Shown piece by piece: positions 1-10,773 of a stretch of DNA of 64,000 nucleotides (the first letter of the stretch is position 1; each line of letters opens with the position of its first letter). Source of the DNA: Elusimicrobiota bacterium (GTDB taxonomy: Bacteria; Elusimicrobiota; Elusimicrobia; UBA1565; UBA9628). Under the pieces are notes generated by a model. That model saw only the letters and a program-made list of their open reading frames with translations, was not told the DNA's origin and did not search any database. The position numbers and the translations under genes were made by a program. The stretch lies in NCBI GenBank assembly GCA_035533295.1, contig DATLUA010000002.1:11323-75322 (forward strand), in the 5' to 3' direction.

Positions 1-1793
1 AACGCCCGCGAGGCGGAGAGGATCACGAGCAGGCCGGAGGCGGCGCCCGCGATCTCCCAGGCGGGGTTGGAGCCGGCGAACAAGGCGGCATAAGCGCCCG
101 AGGCGGCGAAAAGAAGCGGCCAGAAGACTCCGGCCAGGATTTGGGGCAGCCGGCGGCGCTCAAAGACAGCGAGCCAGGCCAGGGCCAAGAAAAAGGAATA
201 GGCCGCCCCCTCCAGCAGGACCCGCGGATCGACGCGCCAAGCCAGCGCCCCCGCGAGCGAACGGAGCAAAAGCAAAAACGGTGCCGCCAGGGTCGCGGCC
301 GCTGCCCACCCCTGGCTTTCCGCCTCCAGGACAATCAAGGAGAAGCCCAAGACCGCCAGGGCCGCCAGCATCGGCAGGCAGAGCAGGACGCGAATCGCGT
401 CCTCGAAGACGCCGAAAATTTTGGCTTTGAGGCCCGTCATCACGACCGCCGCAGGTAAGGCCATCGCTCCCATCATCACCCGCATCGCGTCCCGACCAAG
501 CCGGGCGCGGATGTCGAGCTCATTTTGAATTTCGCGCGCCCGGGCGTCCCTGGGAGAAAGACCCCGGAGCTCGGACTTCAAGGCATCGTCGCTCAGCCGG
601 GCCAATGTCGGATTTTTTTCCTTCTTGAGCGTCCCGATTTCCTTGGCGGCGGAGGCGAACGAAACGATCTGGGATTTCATGCTTTGGGCACGCATTTTTT
701 GGCGCAGCGTCCGGAACGGAATGGCCAGGAGCAACCCCAAGAAAATGAAGCAGAGCCTGGCTGAGCGCGGCGCCACGGCGTTTCGTTCCAGGAATTTTCG
801 TATCCGATACCAGCCGCCGCTTCTCAGCGGACCCACCGGCCTCGTCTCGCGCCGGGCCTTGAGATCGGCCAGCACCTCCGCCGCCCCGGCGTAGCGGCGC
901 GCCGCGTCGGCCAAGACGCATTGCCCCACGATCGCGGATAAGTCCTCATCCACATTGCCGCCCGTAGCCAGCGACGCCTTCTCCAACGGCCGGCGACCGA
1001 CGATCTCCCGGTAGAGCGCGAGCTTTTCGTCCAGCGTCTTGAGGCTCTCCAAGAACCTCCGGTCTTCCTCGCCGCCGTGCGGCGCCCGACCACTCAAAAC
1101 CGCCCACATCGCCGCCCCCAGGCCGTAAACGTCCCAGCGCACGTCCGGCCGGACCGGCTCGCCTTCCTTGGCGACCGCCGCCTGCTCCGGCGCCATGTAG
1201 AACAAGGTCCCCAGCGCCCCGGCGCTGTCGGTGACGATGCGCGATTGCCCGAAATCCGCCACCCGGATATGACCGCCCTCGTCCAAAAGGATGTTCGCGG
1301 GTTTCAAGTCGCAGTGGATCAGGCCCTTGGAGTGGACGTAGGCCAGGGCTTGGGCAACTTCCTCCATCCACCGTGCGGCCTCACCGACCGGGGCGGGGTT
1401 GGCCGGATCGACGAAGCGTTCGAGCGAACCCGCCGCCAGGAAATCCATCGCGTAGTACGCGGGGTCACCCGTGAGATCGGCGTCCAAAAGCGAGACGATA
1501 TGAGGATGCTTGTCGAGCGTGACGAGCCGCTCGACTTCCCGCTGGAGGAAGAGCCAGTTGACGCCTTTTCTCTGGGTGAAGACCTTGATCGCCACCTGCT
1601 TGCGCGTGCGGATCTGCCACGCCTTCCAGACCTCGGCGAAAGCGCCGCGGCCCAGGGCTTGAGTCAGGATGTAGCCCGCGATCTTGGGCGCGGCCGCGTG
1701 CTGCTCGGCCTCCTTGGGGAGCGAGAGCTCCTTGGAGGCCGCGATCTCCGCTTCGAGCTGGGCTTGGGTTTTCTCCGGCTCGGACTCGCTCAT
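1..1793 (-). CDS. Membrane-anchored eukaryotic-type Ser/Thr protein kinase (non-RD, HCD variant); N-terminal kinase domain plus at least 6 predicted C-terminal TM helices; C-terminus runs off the left window edge
   Basis: Absent from the ORF track because no stop lies in the window. Reverse-strand translation from the ATG at 1793 gives a Gly-loop LGRGAFAEVW, VAIK, AYVHSKGLIHCDLKPANIL, DFG and YMAPEQ, then hydrophobic segments (LLCLPMLAALAVLGF, FFLALAWLAVF and others), with no stop down to position 1. Confidence 0.8.
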   Translation of the reverse strand, partial: MSESEPEKTQAQLEAEIAASKELSLPKEAEQHAAAPKIAGYILTQALGRGAFAEVWKAWQIRTRKQVAIKVFTQRKGVNWLFLQREVERLVTLDKHPHIVSLLDADLTGDPAYYAMDFLAAGSLERFVDPANPAPVGEAARWMEEVAQALAYVHSKGLIHCDLKPANILLDEGGHIRVADFGQSRIVTDSAGALGTLFYMAPEQAAVAKEGEPVRPDVRWDVYGLGAAMWAVLSGRAPHGGEEDRRFLESLKTLDEKLALYREIVGRRPLEKASLATGGNVDEDLSAIVGQCVLADAARRYAGAAEVLADLKARRETRPVGPLRSGGWYRIRKFLERNAVAPRSARLCFIFLGLLLAIPFRTLRQKMRAQSMKSQIVSFASAAKEIGTLKKEKNPTLARLSDDALKSELRGLSPRDARAREIQNELDIRARLGRDAMRVMMGAMALPAAVVMTGLKAKIFGVFEDAIRVLLCLPMLAALAVLGFSLIVLEAESQGWAAAATLAAPFLLLLRSLAGALAWRVDPRVLLEGAAYSFFLALAWLAVFERRRLPQILAGVFWPLLFAASGAYAALFAGSNPAWEIAGAASGLLVILSASRA

Positions 1794-2323
1794 GGATCGA
1801 GCGCCGCAGGGACTAATGCCCTCCCCGGTGACCGCATCAACTGGAAAGAACTCGCGAACCGGCCGAAATCCGAAAAATCATTCGATGGGGAGATCATCTC
1901 GATCGCGTAAAGCGTCCGGCCGATCAGAAAATTCAGATTTCTTGAATACCCGCCTTTAATTTGCACGACGAAATCAACGCCCTGGTAGCCTTCGAAATTC
2001 ACATAATTGGACGTGAGCACCGTCCCCTGTGTCGCCCTCGCGGCGCCGTTGACGCTTCCATTCAGATTGACCCTGGGATTTGAGAAATCCGCTCCGGCGG
2101 GATATGTCGCGCACATCGCCGAGTATGCTCGATGATTCACCGTGACGGAATAAGTCGTCGTCACCAGCGGGCCGAACCTCGTCGGGACCGCGAATCTTTT
2201 TTCGGCGGGATAGCCCGGGAATTGGCTTTGGGCCTTGGCGTCCCCTCTTTCCGCGAATGGGAAAATCAGCTGGAAAGCCTTGGCGAAATCACCGGCGTTA
2301 TAAGCGGCAAAGGCCTCATTCAT
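1790..2323 (-). CDS. Hypothetical protein with N-terminal Sel1-like repeat (AFAAYNAGDFAKAF..AERGDAKAQ) and a beta-rich C-terminal part; its stop overlaps the kinase start (ATGA)
   Basis: 177-aa ORF in the track. Sel1-like motif by eye. The TGA at 1790-1792 overlaps the kinase ATG at 1791-1793. Confidence 0.5.
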   Translation of the reverse strand: MNEAFAAYNAGDFAKAFQLIFPFAERGDAKAQSQFPGYPAEKRFAVPTRFGPLVTTTYSVTVNHRAYSAMCATYPAGADFSNPRVNLNGSVNGAARATQGTVLTSNYVNFEGYQGVDFVVQIKGGYSRNLNFLIGRTLYAIEMISPSNDFSDFGRFASSFQLMRSPGRALVPAALDP

Positions 2324-2337
2324 CGTGGTTCACCTTG

Positions 2338-2649
2338 TCATTTAAAATAATCATTCCCACTCCACGCGGCGTACAGCCGGTCCGATTCGAGATCGCCGCG
2401 CCTTTCGACCATTTCGGTCCAATCCGGCGGAAGCCCGGAAGCACCCAGTCTTGCTCCCTGAATCACTCCCACCACGCAACAGATCGAATCGGAATCGCCT
2501 CCAGTATTGACCGAAGATATCAGACGACCGCGGAGATCGTCCGGGTGGCGCATCACCGAGCAGAGCGCGCAGGCCGGGACTTCGCAGGCCGTCCAGACTA
2601 ACATATTTATCGAGACGCGCCGACATATCGCGAATCTTGTCGCAAAATT
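2338..2649 (-). pseudogene. ADP-ribosylglycohydrolase family, C-terminal fragment only (..GGDSDSICCVVGVIQGA..GLPPDW..)
   Basis: The GGDSD(S/T)..A..GA.YG..G.P..W C-terminal signature of DraG-like hydrolases. An in-frame stop lies 16 codons upstream of the first Met and smpB abuts, so the N-terminal catalytic half (about 200 aa) is missing. Confidence 0.45.
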
Positions 2650-2678
2650 CTACAGTCTAGCGGCGGGGCCAGCCAGCG

Positions 2679-3167
2679 TCAGCCCTTGTAGCTTCCTTTA
2701 AAGCTCTTCTCCGCTTCGCGCGCCGCGGCTTTTTTCTTGAGAGCCTCGCGACGGTCGGGCCCCTTCTTGCCGCGCGCCAAGCCCACCGCCACCTTGGCCC
2801 AGCCGCGTCGGAAGTACACTTCCAGCGGCACCAGCGTCAGTCCCTTGATCTGCAGGCTGCCGGTGATTTTGTCGATTTCCCGGCGGCGCAGCAAGAGCCG
2901 CCGCTTGCGCCTGGGATCGGCGTCCGTGTTTTGAGTCGCGTAGCGGTAGGGAGGAATGTAGAAATTAAAGAGATAGATATCGCCGCCTTCAGCCCGGCCG
3001 AAAGAGCCATCCAAGGACGCCTGCCCGCCGCGCAAAGCCTTGACCTCGGGGCCCTCCAAGCTGATGCCCGCCTCGTAGGTCTCCAGGATTTCGTAGAAAT
3101 GCCGCGCCTTGCGGTAGGTCGAGACCGAAATCTTGTCCGACTCTTTCTCGTCTTTGGAGGGCTTCAT
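2679..3167 (-). CDS. smpB: SsrA-binding protein SmpB
   Basis: MKPSKDEK..STYRKARHFYEILETYEAGISLEGPEVKALR.. is a canonical SmpB. The start was moved to the internal Met at 3167, giving 162 aa. Confidence 0.9.
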   Translation of the reverse strand: MKPSKDEKESDKISVSTYRKARHFYEILETYEAGISLEGPEVKALRGGQASLDGSFGRAEGGDIYLFNFYIPPYRYATQNTDADPRRKRRLLLRRREIDKITGSLQIKGLTLVPLEVYFRRGWAKVAVGLARGKKGPDRREALKKKAAAREAEKSFKGSYKG

Positions 3168-3265
3168 CGTAGCGCCACCAGGGCGCGCAGGCATTATAGC
3201 AAGTCGGGCAAAGCCGGGCCCTTTTTGATAGAATAACACGCCTTCGCGGAAATTCTCGCTTTAAC

Positions 3266-3349
3266 GGGCAGGTGGCGGAATTGGCAGACGCGCACGGCTC
3301 AGGACCGTGTGGCCGCAAGGCCTTGGGGGTTCAAGTCCCCCCTTGCCCA
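3266..3349 (+). tRNA. tRNA-Leu (anticodon CAG), type II long variable arm, CCA not encoded
   Basis: Manual fold: acceptor GGGCAGG/CTTGCCC, anticodon stem CACGG/CCGTG with loop CTCAGGA, variable arm TGGCCGCAAGGCC, T-arm GGGGG-TTCAAGT-CCCCC. Confidence 0.85.
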
Positions 3350-3353
3350 TTTT

Positions 3354-3788
3354 ATGCCGGAAACTCCGCAGTTCTTCAGTTGCCGCATCTACGGCGTGCT
3401 GCGCCGCGGCGGCAGGGTGCTTCTGACCCGCAGCCGCTTCATCGACCGCGAATTCGTCAATTTCCCCGGCGGCGGCATCGAGTTGGGCGAGCCTCCTTTA
3501 AGCGCCTTGAAGCGCGAGTATAAAGAGGAGACCGGGCTTCTGATCCGCCCCCTTAATATCCTCTACGCCAGCGAGGGGCTGCACGTCTCGACCCATCGCC
3601 CCATGCAGATCGTGAGCCTCTATTGGCTGGTGGAGGAAACGGGCGGGACGCTGCGCTCGGGCGGCAACGACGACGACGTCATCGACTTGTTCTGGGCCGA
3701 CGCGGACGCCATACCCACCGACGAGATGTTCCCTTCCGACAAGGAATTCGCCCTACGGCTGAAAAGCCTAACCGCGGCCGGGCTTTAA
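3354..3788 (+). CDS. NUDIX hydrolase
   Basis: Nudix box GGGIELGEPPLSALKREYKEETGL. The start was moved to the ATG at 3354, 5 nt after the tRNA, because the track ORF start overlaps the tRNA. Confidence 0.7.
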   Translation: MPETPQFFSCRIYGVLRRGGRVLLTRSRFIDREFVNFPGGGIELGEPPLSALKREYKEETGLLIRPLNILYASEGLHVSTHRPMQIVSLYWLVEETGGTLRSGGNDDDVIDLFWADADAIPTDEMFPSDKEFALRLKSLTAAGL

Positions 3789-4724
3789 TATCCGGCGCGC
3801 CACGGCCACCGGATCGGAGCGGTGTTCGAGCATGCGCTTCAAGTCATCCCGCGTGACGCGATCCAGCGCCCGCTGGTAAAGCCGGCGGGAAATATACAGG
3901 GACAGCTCTTCTTGATGCTGGACCGAAAGCCGCGCGCGGCCTTCGCCCGAGGACTTCAAATATTCCCAGTGGGACTCCAGGATTTTTCCCAGTTCGGGCA
4001 CGCCCTCTCCGGTCATGGCGGACGCGGCGACGACTGGCGGATCCCACGGCATTTTCTCGCGGCCGCGGCCCAAGGACAGCGCCGATCTCAAATCGCTGAC
4101 CGCCTTGTCCTTGCCGCCCAGGTCGGCCTTATTGACCACGAAAACGTCGCCGATTTCCATGGCCCCGGCCTTCATGGCCTGGATTTCGTCGCCCAGCTGC
4201 GGCGTGGTGACGTAGGCCACGGTGTCGGCGACCTTGGCGATGGTCACCTCGTCCTGGCCCGTGCCCACGGTCTCGACGATGATTTTGGAGAAGCTCGCCG
4301 CCTCCAAGGCATGGATGGCGCCGTAAATAGTCTGCGAGACGCCGCCCACCATGCCGCGCGTGCCCAGGGAGCGCATGAACACGCCCGGGTCCGAGACGTG
4401 CTCCTGAACGCGCAGCCGGTCGCCCAAGAACGCGCCGCCGGTCAGGGGGCTCGTGGGGTCCACGGCCAGGACGCCGACCTTGAGCCCTTGGCCGCGAAAA
4501 TGGGAAATGAGCCGTCCGCAGAGAGTCGATTTGCCGGCGCCCGGCGGGCCGCTCAAGCCTATTTTATGCGCCCGGCCCGATTCAGGGAAAAAGCGTTGCA
4601 GCAAAACGTCGGATTCCGGAGCCTCGTTGATAAGAAGGCTCAAGGCCCGGGCCAAGCTCCGGCGGTTTCCCGCGCGCACCGCGGCCGCGAGCGCCTCGGC
4701 GGAGGATTTACTTCCCGCGCGCAC
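3768..4724 (-). CDS. meaB: Methylmalonyl-CoA mutase-associated GTPase MeaB/ArgK (G3E family)
   Basis: [14 protein letters not shown]-loop, VVNKADL and overall MeaB similarity. The start was set at GTG 4724, 13 nt after the upstream B12-subunit stop; the first ATG would overlap the upstream gene by 118 nt. Confidence 0.8.
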   Translation of the reverse strand: MRAGSKSSAEALAAAVRAGNRRSLARALSLLINEAPESDVLLQRFFPESGRAHKIGLSGPPGAGKSTLCGRLISHFRGQGLKVGVLAVDPTSPLTGGAFLGDRLRVQEHVSDPGVFMRSLGTRGMVGGVSQTIYGAIHALEAASFSKIIVETVGTGQDEVTIAKVADTVAYVTTPQLGDEIQAMKAGAMEIGDVFVVNKADLGGKDKAVSDLRSALSLGRGREKMPWDPPVVAASAMTGEGVPELGKILESHWEYLKSSGEGRARLSVQHQEELSLYISRRLYQRALDRVTRDDLKRMLEHRSDPVAVARRILKPGRG

Positions 4725-5124
4725 GGGGCAAGTTCTCTTGCAGATAGGCGACGATGATGGAAAGCGGCGTTCCCGGGCCGAAAACCTGGTGAACGCCTTT
4801 TTTCTTGAGCGCCGGCACGTCCTCATCCGGTATGATGCCGCCGCCGAAAAGAAGCACGCCCTTCAGGCCTTTTTTCTTGAGCAGCCCGGCCACTTGCGGA
4901 AAAAGCGTCATGTGCGCGCCGGAGAGGAGCGAAAGCCCCACGGCGTCCACGTCCTCCTGCAGCGCGGCCTCCGCGATCATTTCGGGCGTCTGGCGGATGC
5001 CCGTGTAAATCACCTCGAAGCCCGCGTCGCGCAGCGCCCGCACGATGACCTTGGCGCCGCGGTCGTGGCCGTCCAACCCGGGCTTGGCGATCAAGACCCG
5101 ATAGGTTTTTTTCCCCGTCACCAT
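4708..5124 (-). CDS. Methylmalonyl-CoA mutase B12-binding subunit (stand-alone C-terminal cobalamin-binding domain)
   Basis: [37 protein letters not shown] is a classic DxHxxG B12-binding domain. Confidence 0.85.
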   Translation of the reverse strand: MVTGKKTYRVLIAKPGLDGHDRGAKVIVRALRDAGFEVIYTGIRQTPEMIAEAALQEDVDAVGLSLLSGAHMTLFPQVAGLLKKKGLKGVLLFGGGIIPDEDVPALKKKGVHQVFGPGTPLSIIVAYLQENLPRARGK

Positions 5125-6203
5125 ACGCCCTCCTCGTTCGCCGCGATTTCGACAAAAGCCTTGGCCACGCGCGGATCGAAGCGCGCGCCCGAGCCCTGCT
5201 TGGCCAGCGCTACGGCGCGGTCGCGCACGCTTTCTCCGTCCGTGCCGCCGCTCATGCGCATCTCTTCGACCGCCTCGACCAGCCCCAGGATGCGGCCGCC
5301 CAGCGAAATGTCCTCGCCTTTCAGGCCCGCCGGGAATCCCCCGCCGTCGAAGCGTTCATGATGTTCCCGGATGGCGGGCAGGGCCCCCGAGAGAATCTTG
5401 ATGCCTTCGAGCATGCGCACCGAAAGCAGCGGATGGCTCTCCTCCGAAACGTTGGTCATCCCCATTTCGCCCAAAAGCCTGATGTTGCGGAAAGCCAAGT
5501 AGCCCACGTCGTGGAGCAGGCCCGCGTAGTAGAGCATCCGGTAGTCGTGCTCCCCGATGTCCAAGGCGCGGCCGATAGCGCAGCACAGCCGGGCCGCGCG
5601 GCCGGGGTGCCCCTGCATCCCGGGTTTGGAGGTCTCGATGAGCGACACCAGCAGCTCTAGGATATGGGAAAAGAAGTTCTTTTGATCCGAAATCATGCGG
5701 GTATTGGTGATGGCCACCGAGGCCAAGCCCGCCAGGCTTTCCAGGAGCTTCGCGTCGGTCTCGGAGTATTTTCCCCGGCGCTTGTTCAAGACCTCGATGA
5801 CGCCGACCAAGTCCCCCTTGAAGAACATAGGCACGCACAAGACCGAGCGCGTCTCGAAGCCCGAGGCCTTGTCGAAGCGGCCCGTGAAGCGCGCGTCGTT
5901 CTTCACGTCGTTGACCATTTCGATTTTTCGGTTCTGGGCCACCCAGCCGGCGATACCCTGGCCCAGGGGCAGCGTCATGGTCCGAATCGCGCGGGCCTTG
6001 TCTCCCGAGGCCACCCGGAAAAAGAGGTTTTTCCCGTCGTCGGTCAGGAGCATGATGGCGCTGGCCTCGGAGTCGAGGAGCTTTTCCGCCTCCGAGCCGA
6101 TTTGCCGCAGCAAGGAATCCAAATCCATGCTGGAATTGAAGCTCCCGGCGATGGAGAAAAGCTCCAGCGCCGTCCGCGTGTCGAGCGAAAGCTCCGCGGC
6201 CAT
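5118..6203 (-). CDS. GAF domain + HD-GYP-type phosphohydrolase (motif variant [11 protein letters not shown], i.e. GFP instead of GYP)
   Basis: N-terminal GAF-like region (..[21 protein letters not shown]..), then H..HD..HHE.FDG.GFP. Confidence 0.75.
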   Translation of the reverse strand: MAAELSLDTRTALELFSIAGSFNSSMDLDSLLRQIGSEAEKLLDSEASAIMLLTDDGKNLFFRVASGDKARAIRTMTLPLGQGIAGWVAQNRKIEMVNDVKNDARFTGRFDKASGFETRSVLCVPMFFKGDLVGVIEVLNKRRGKYSETDAKLLESLAGLASVAITNTRMISDQKNFFSHILELLVSLIETSKPGMQGHPGRAARLCCAIGRALDIGEHDYRMLYYAGLLHDVGYLAFRNIRLLGEMGMTNVSEESHPLLSVRMLEGIKILSGALPAIREHHERFDGGGFPAGLKGEDISLGGRILGLVEAVEEMRMSGGTDGESVRDRAVALAKQGSGARFDPRVAKAFVEIAANEEGVW

Positions 6204-6204
6204 G

Positions 6205-7987
6205 CTATTCGACCCCCCCGAGGACTTCCCGCACCGTGGTCAGGCCCATGAGCACCTTGTGGAGGCCGTCCTGCACGATGGGCCGCATGCCTTCCTTGAG
6301 CGCCTGGTGGCGGATGGGGTCGGCCGCGATTTCCTTAAGGCAGAGCGCGCGCAGAGAGTCGGACATCGCCAAAAGCTCGTGCAGGCCGATGCGGCCGCGG
6401 AAGGCCAGCTTCTTGCAGGCCTCGCAGCCTTCGGCCGAGGGCCCGTAAATCTTCGCGTCGGATTTGATCTCCACGCCGTTTTCCGCGAAGACTTGCTTCT
6501 CCTCGGGCGTCGGATCGTGCGGAACCTTGCACTTCTCGCAGAGCTTGCGCGAGAGCCTCTGCGCCATGACGGCCTTCAAGGTGGTCGCCACCATGTAGGC
6601 GGGAATTCCCATCTCCACCAGGCGCGAGATGGCCGAGGGCGCGTCATTGGTGTGGATGGTGGAGAAAACCAAGTGGCCGGTCATGGCCGCCTCCATGGAG
6701 ATGTGCGCGGTCTCGCGGTCGCGGATTTCGCCGACCATGATGACGTCGGGGTCCAGGCGCAAAAACGAGCGCAGCGCGGTCGCGAAGTCGAAGAACTTGT
6801 CCTCGCCGAGCTTCAAGTCCGGATTGACGGGAACCTGGATGATGCCGTCCAAGTTGTATTCGACCGGATTCTCCGCGGTCAGAATTTTGATGTCCGGCCG
6901 GTTGATGTGGTTCAAGGCGGCGTAGAGCGTCGTGGATTTACCGGAGCCCGTCGGGCCGCAGAGCAGGATGAGGCCGAAGTTCTTCTTGCCGCCGATGCCC
7001 TTCAAGAGGCTCAAGAACTTTTCCTGAGTGTCCGGCAAAAAACCCATTTTGCCGATGTCCACCTGCGCGGCCTTGCGGTCCAATATACGCATGACGCAGG
7101 ACTCGCCGTAGACCGCGGGGACGATTTCGACGCGGAACTCGATGGGGTTTCCCTGCGCCAGAATCTGGATGCGCCCCGACTGCGGGATGCGGCGCTCGGT
7201 GATGTTCATCGAGTTGGTCATGATCTTAATCTTGGCCGCGATGGCGTTGCGGTAGCCCCAGGGAACGTTGAAGGGGCCCGGCACCAACTGGCCGTCGACC
7301 CGGTAGCGGACCAGAACCCGGGAGTTGCGCCCCGTGGGATCCTCTAAGGGCTCGATGTGGATGTCGGAGGCCTTCATGGACAGCGCGGTCAGGATGATGG
7401 CGTTGACGAGCTTTTCCACCTCGGGAGCGGAAGCGTCGACTTCCGTGATGTCGGTCTTAACCTGATCCGACAAGACATCGACGCCGGTCGACTGCCCCAA
7501 ATCGTCCTTTTTGGCGACTTCCTCGATGAGCCGGCTCACGGTCGCCGCGCCGCTGCGCCCGTAGACGTTGTCCAAGGCGTCGCTGATGTCCTGGGGCACG
7601 GCCAGCACGCCCTGGACCTGCAGGCCCGTGCGCAGCTCGATGTCCTCGCAGACGAAAAAATCCTTAGGATCGGCCATGGCCACGTAGAGGAGGTTTTCCT
7701 CCTTGGCGAACGGAACGGCCCCGTGGCGCCGGGCCGCGGATTCGGGGATGATCCGCGCGGCCTCAAAATCCATCTCCACCTTGGTCAGGTCCACGGCCTG
7801 GACCTTCCATTCCTCGGACAGCGCCGCCAGCATGTCGTGCTTGGACGCGGCGCCCGCGTCGACGATGGCCTGGATGAAAGGCTTTTTGTCCTTCCTGGCG
7901 GCCTCTTCGGCCTCGCGAATTTTCTCCGCGGGAACCAAGCCCTTGTCCAAGAGAACCTCGGCCGCGGTCCTGCGCCGCGCAAGCCCT

Positions 7988-7998
<11 letters not shown>
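6205..7998 (-). CDS. GspE/PilB-family secretion/pilus-assembly ATPase with N-terminal T2SE_Nter domain
   Basis: LLCGPTGSGKSTTLYAAL Walker A, VGEIRD, HLVFSTIHTNDA and a C-terminal Cys cluster CEKC..CEAC. Confidence 0.85.
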
Positions 7999-9603
<1,605 letters not shown>

Positions 9604-9607
<4 letters not shown>

Positions 9608-9945
9608 TGGCGGAACTCCAATTTTTCCCCTTTGGCGACGGCGCCGGACGAGGCGCCGGCGGCCAGTTCCAGCACGCTGTGGGCGCGAAAAACCCAGGGC
9701 GAGAGGCGCCACGGCTTTAAGTTTTCCAGCACTCGCACGACGCCAAAGTTAGAATCGAGAAACACCGCGTCGATGGCGAATTTCATGAAAAACGTGTGGA
9801 TCATGGGGCAGGGCACAATCCAGAGGCCCTCGGAACGGCCCAAGGAGTTCCGGCCCAGAAGGCCGCGCGAGCGCGTCCGCGGCGTGTCCGCCTGCGAGAC
9901 TTGCGACGCCACCACGGCGTTCCGGCTCACGTTGAACGCGATCAC
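9604..9945 (-). CDS. DUF192 (COG1430) family protein
   Basis: ..RGLLGR..EGL.IVPCPMIHTFFMKFAIDAVFLD..L.PWR..VLELAAG... A probable GTG start at 9945 overlaps the ksgA stop (GTGA); the longer track ORF would overlap ksgA by 120 nt. Confidence 0.6.
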
Positions 9946-10766
9946 GATTTTTCGATGTCCTCCGGCGCGGCTTTGCTTTTTAAAATAGCAAATTTCTCCG
10001 CGAGGAGGGCGTAAGCTTCCGGCGGGATGTCCTGCGCGCGGCACGATGGCGAAAGGCCGCATTCGGATAGCACGCGCGCCGCCATGTTCTTGGGAATTGC
10101 GAAGGCCTGGGCGATGGGCGTCTGCGCCATTTTTCGCCGCTGGCTAAAGGCCGCCTTGGCCATGCGGAAAAACAGCGCCTGCCGCGCGGCATCCAGCATC
10201 GGCTTGGGCCGCCTGACCAGGCGCACCACCGAGGACTGCACCTGGGGCGGCGGCGAAAAAGAGCGCGGCCCCACGTCGAAAAGAATCTCGGCTTGGGCGT
10301 AAAGCCACGCCGACAGAGTCAAAACCCCGTAATCGGCCGTCCCGGGCTTGGCCGCGATGCGCAGCGCGACCTCCTTCTGGAACATCAAAACCGCCTCGTC
10401 CCAAGGCTCCCAGGGCAGGATTTTCTGCAAAATGGGCGACGCGACCGAATAGGGCAGATTGGCCGCGATTCGAAACGGCCCCGCCGAGGCCGGGCCCAGC
10501 TCGGCGAGGTTGAGCTTCAGGAAATCCGCGCGGACGAGGCGGAAATCGGCCCGCCCGGAAAACTCCTCTTCAAGCGCCGCGGCCAGGCGCTCGTCCATTT
10601 CCACCGCCGTGAGCTCGGCGCCGGCGGCCAGGAAAGCGCGCGTAAGCATTCCCCGGCCGGGACCTATTTCCAAAACGCGCCGGCCTTTCCCGATTTGAGC
10701 GCAGGCTGCCATGCGGTCGCGGACCCGCTCGTCCGAAAGGAAATGCTGCCCGAGCCTGGCCGGCAT
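9942..10766 (-). CDS. rsmA: 16S rRNA (adenine1518/1519-N6)-dimethyltransferase RsmA/KsgA
   Basis: GQHFL.D..V..RM......VLEIGPG.G.LT...NLPY motifs. The start was set at the Met at 10766, 7 nt after the murC stop. Confidence 0.85.
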   Translation of the reverse strand: MPARLGQHFLSDERVRDRMAACAQIGKGRRVLEIGPGRGMLTRAFLAAGAELTAVEMDERLAAALEEEFSGRADFRLVRADFLKLNLAELGPASAGPFRIAANLPYSVASPILQKILPWEPWDEAVLMFQKEVALRIAAKPGTADYGVLTLSAWLYAQAEILFDVGPRSFSPPPQVQSSVVRLVRRPKPMLDAARQALFFRMAKAAFSQRRKMAQTPIAQAFAIPKNMAARVLSECGLSPSCRAQDIPPEAYALLAEKFAILKSKAAPEDIEKS

Positions 10767-10773
10767 CAGCGGC

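Noticed and set aside
5695-7347. 550-aa plus-strand ORF
   Set aside because: It is antisense to the well-supported GAF/HD-GYP and PilB genes. Its product is Arg/Ala/Gly-rich and low-complexity, typical of high-GC antisense frames.
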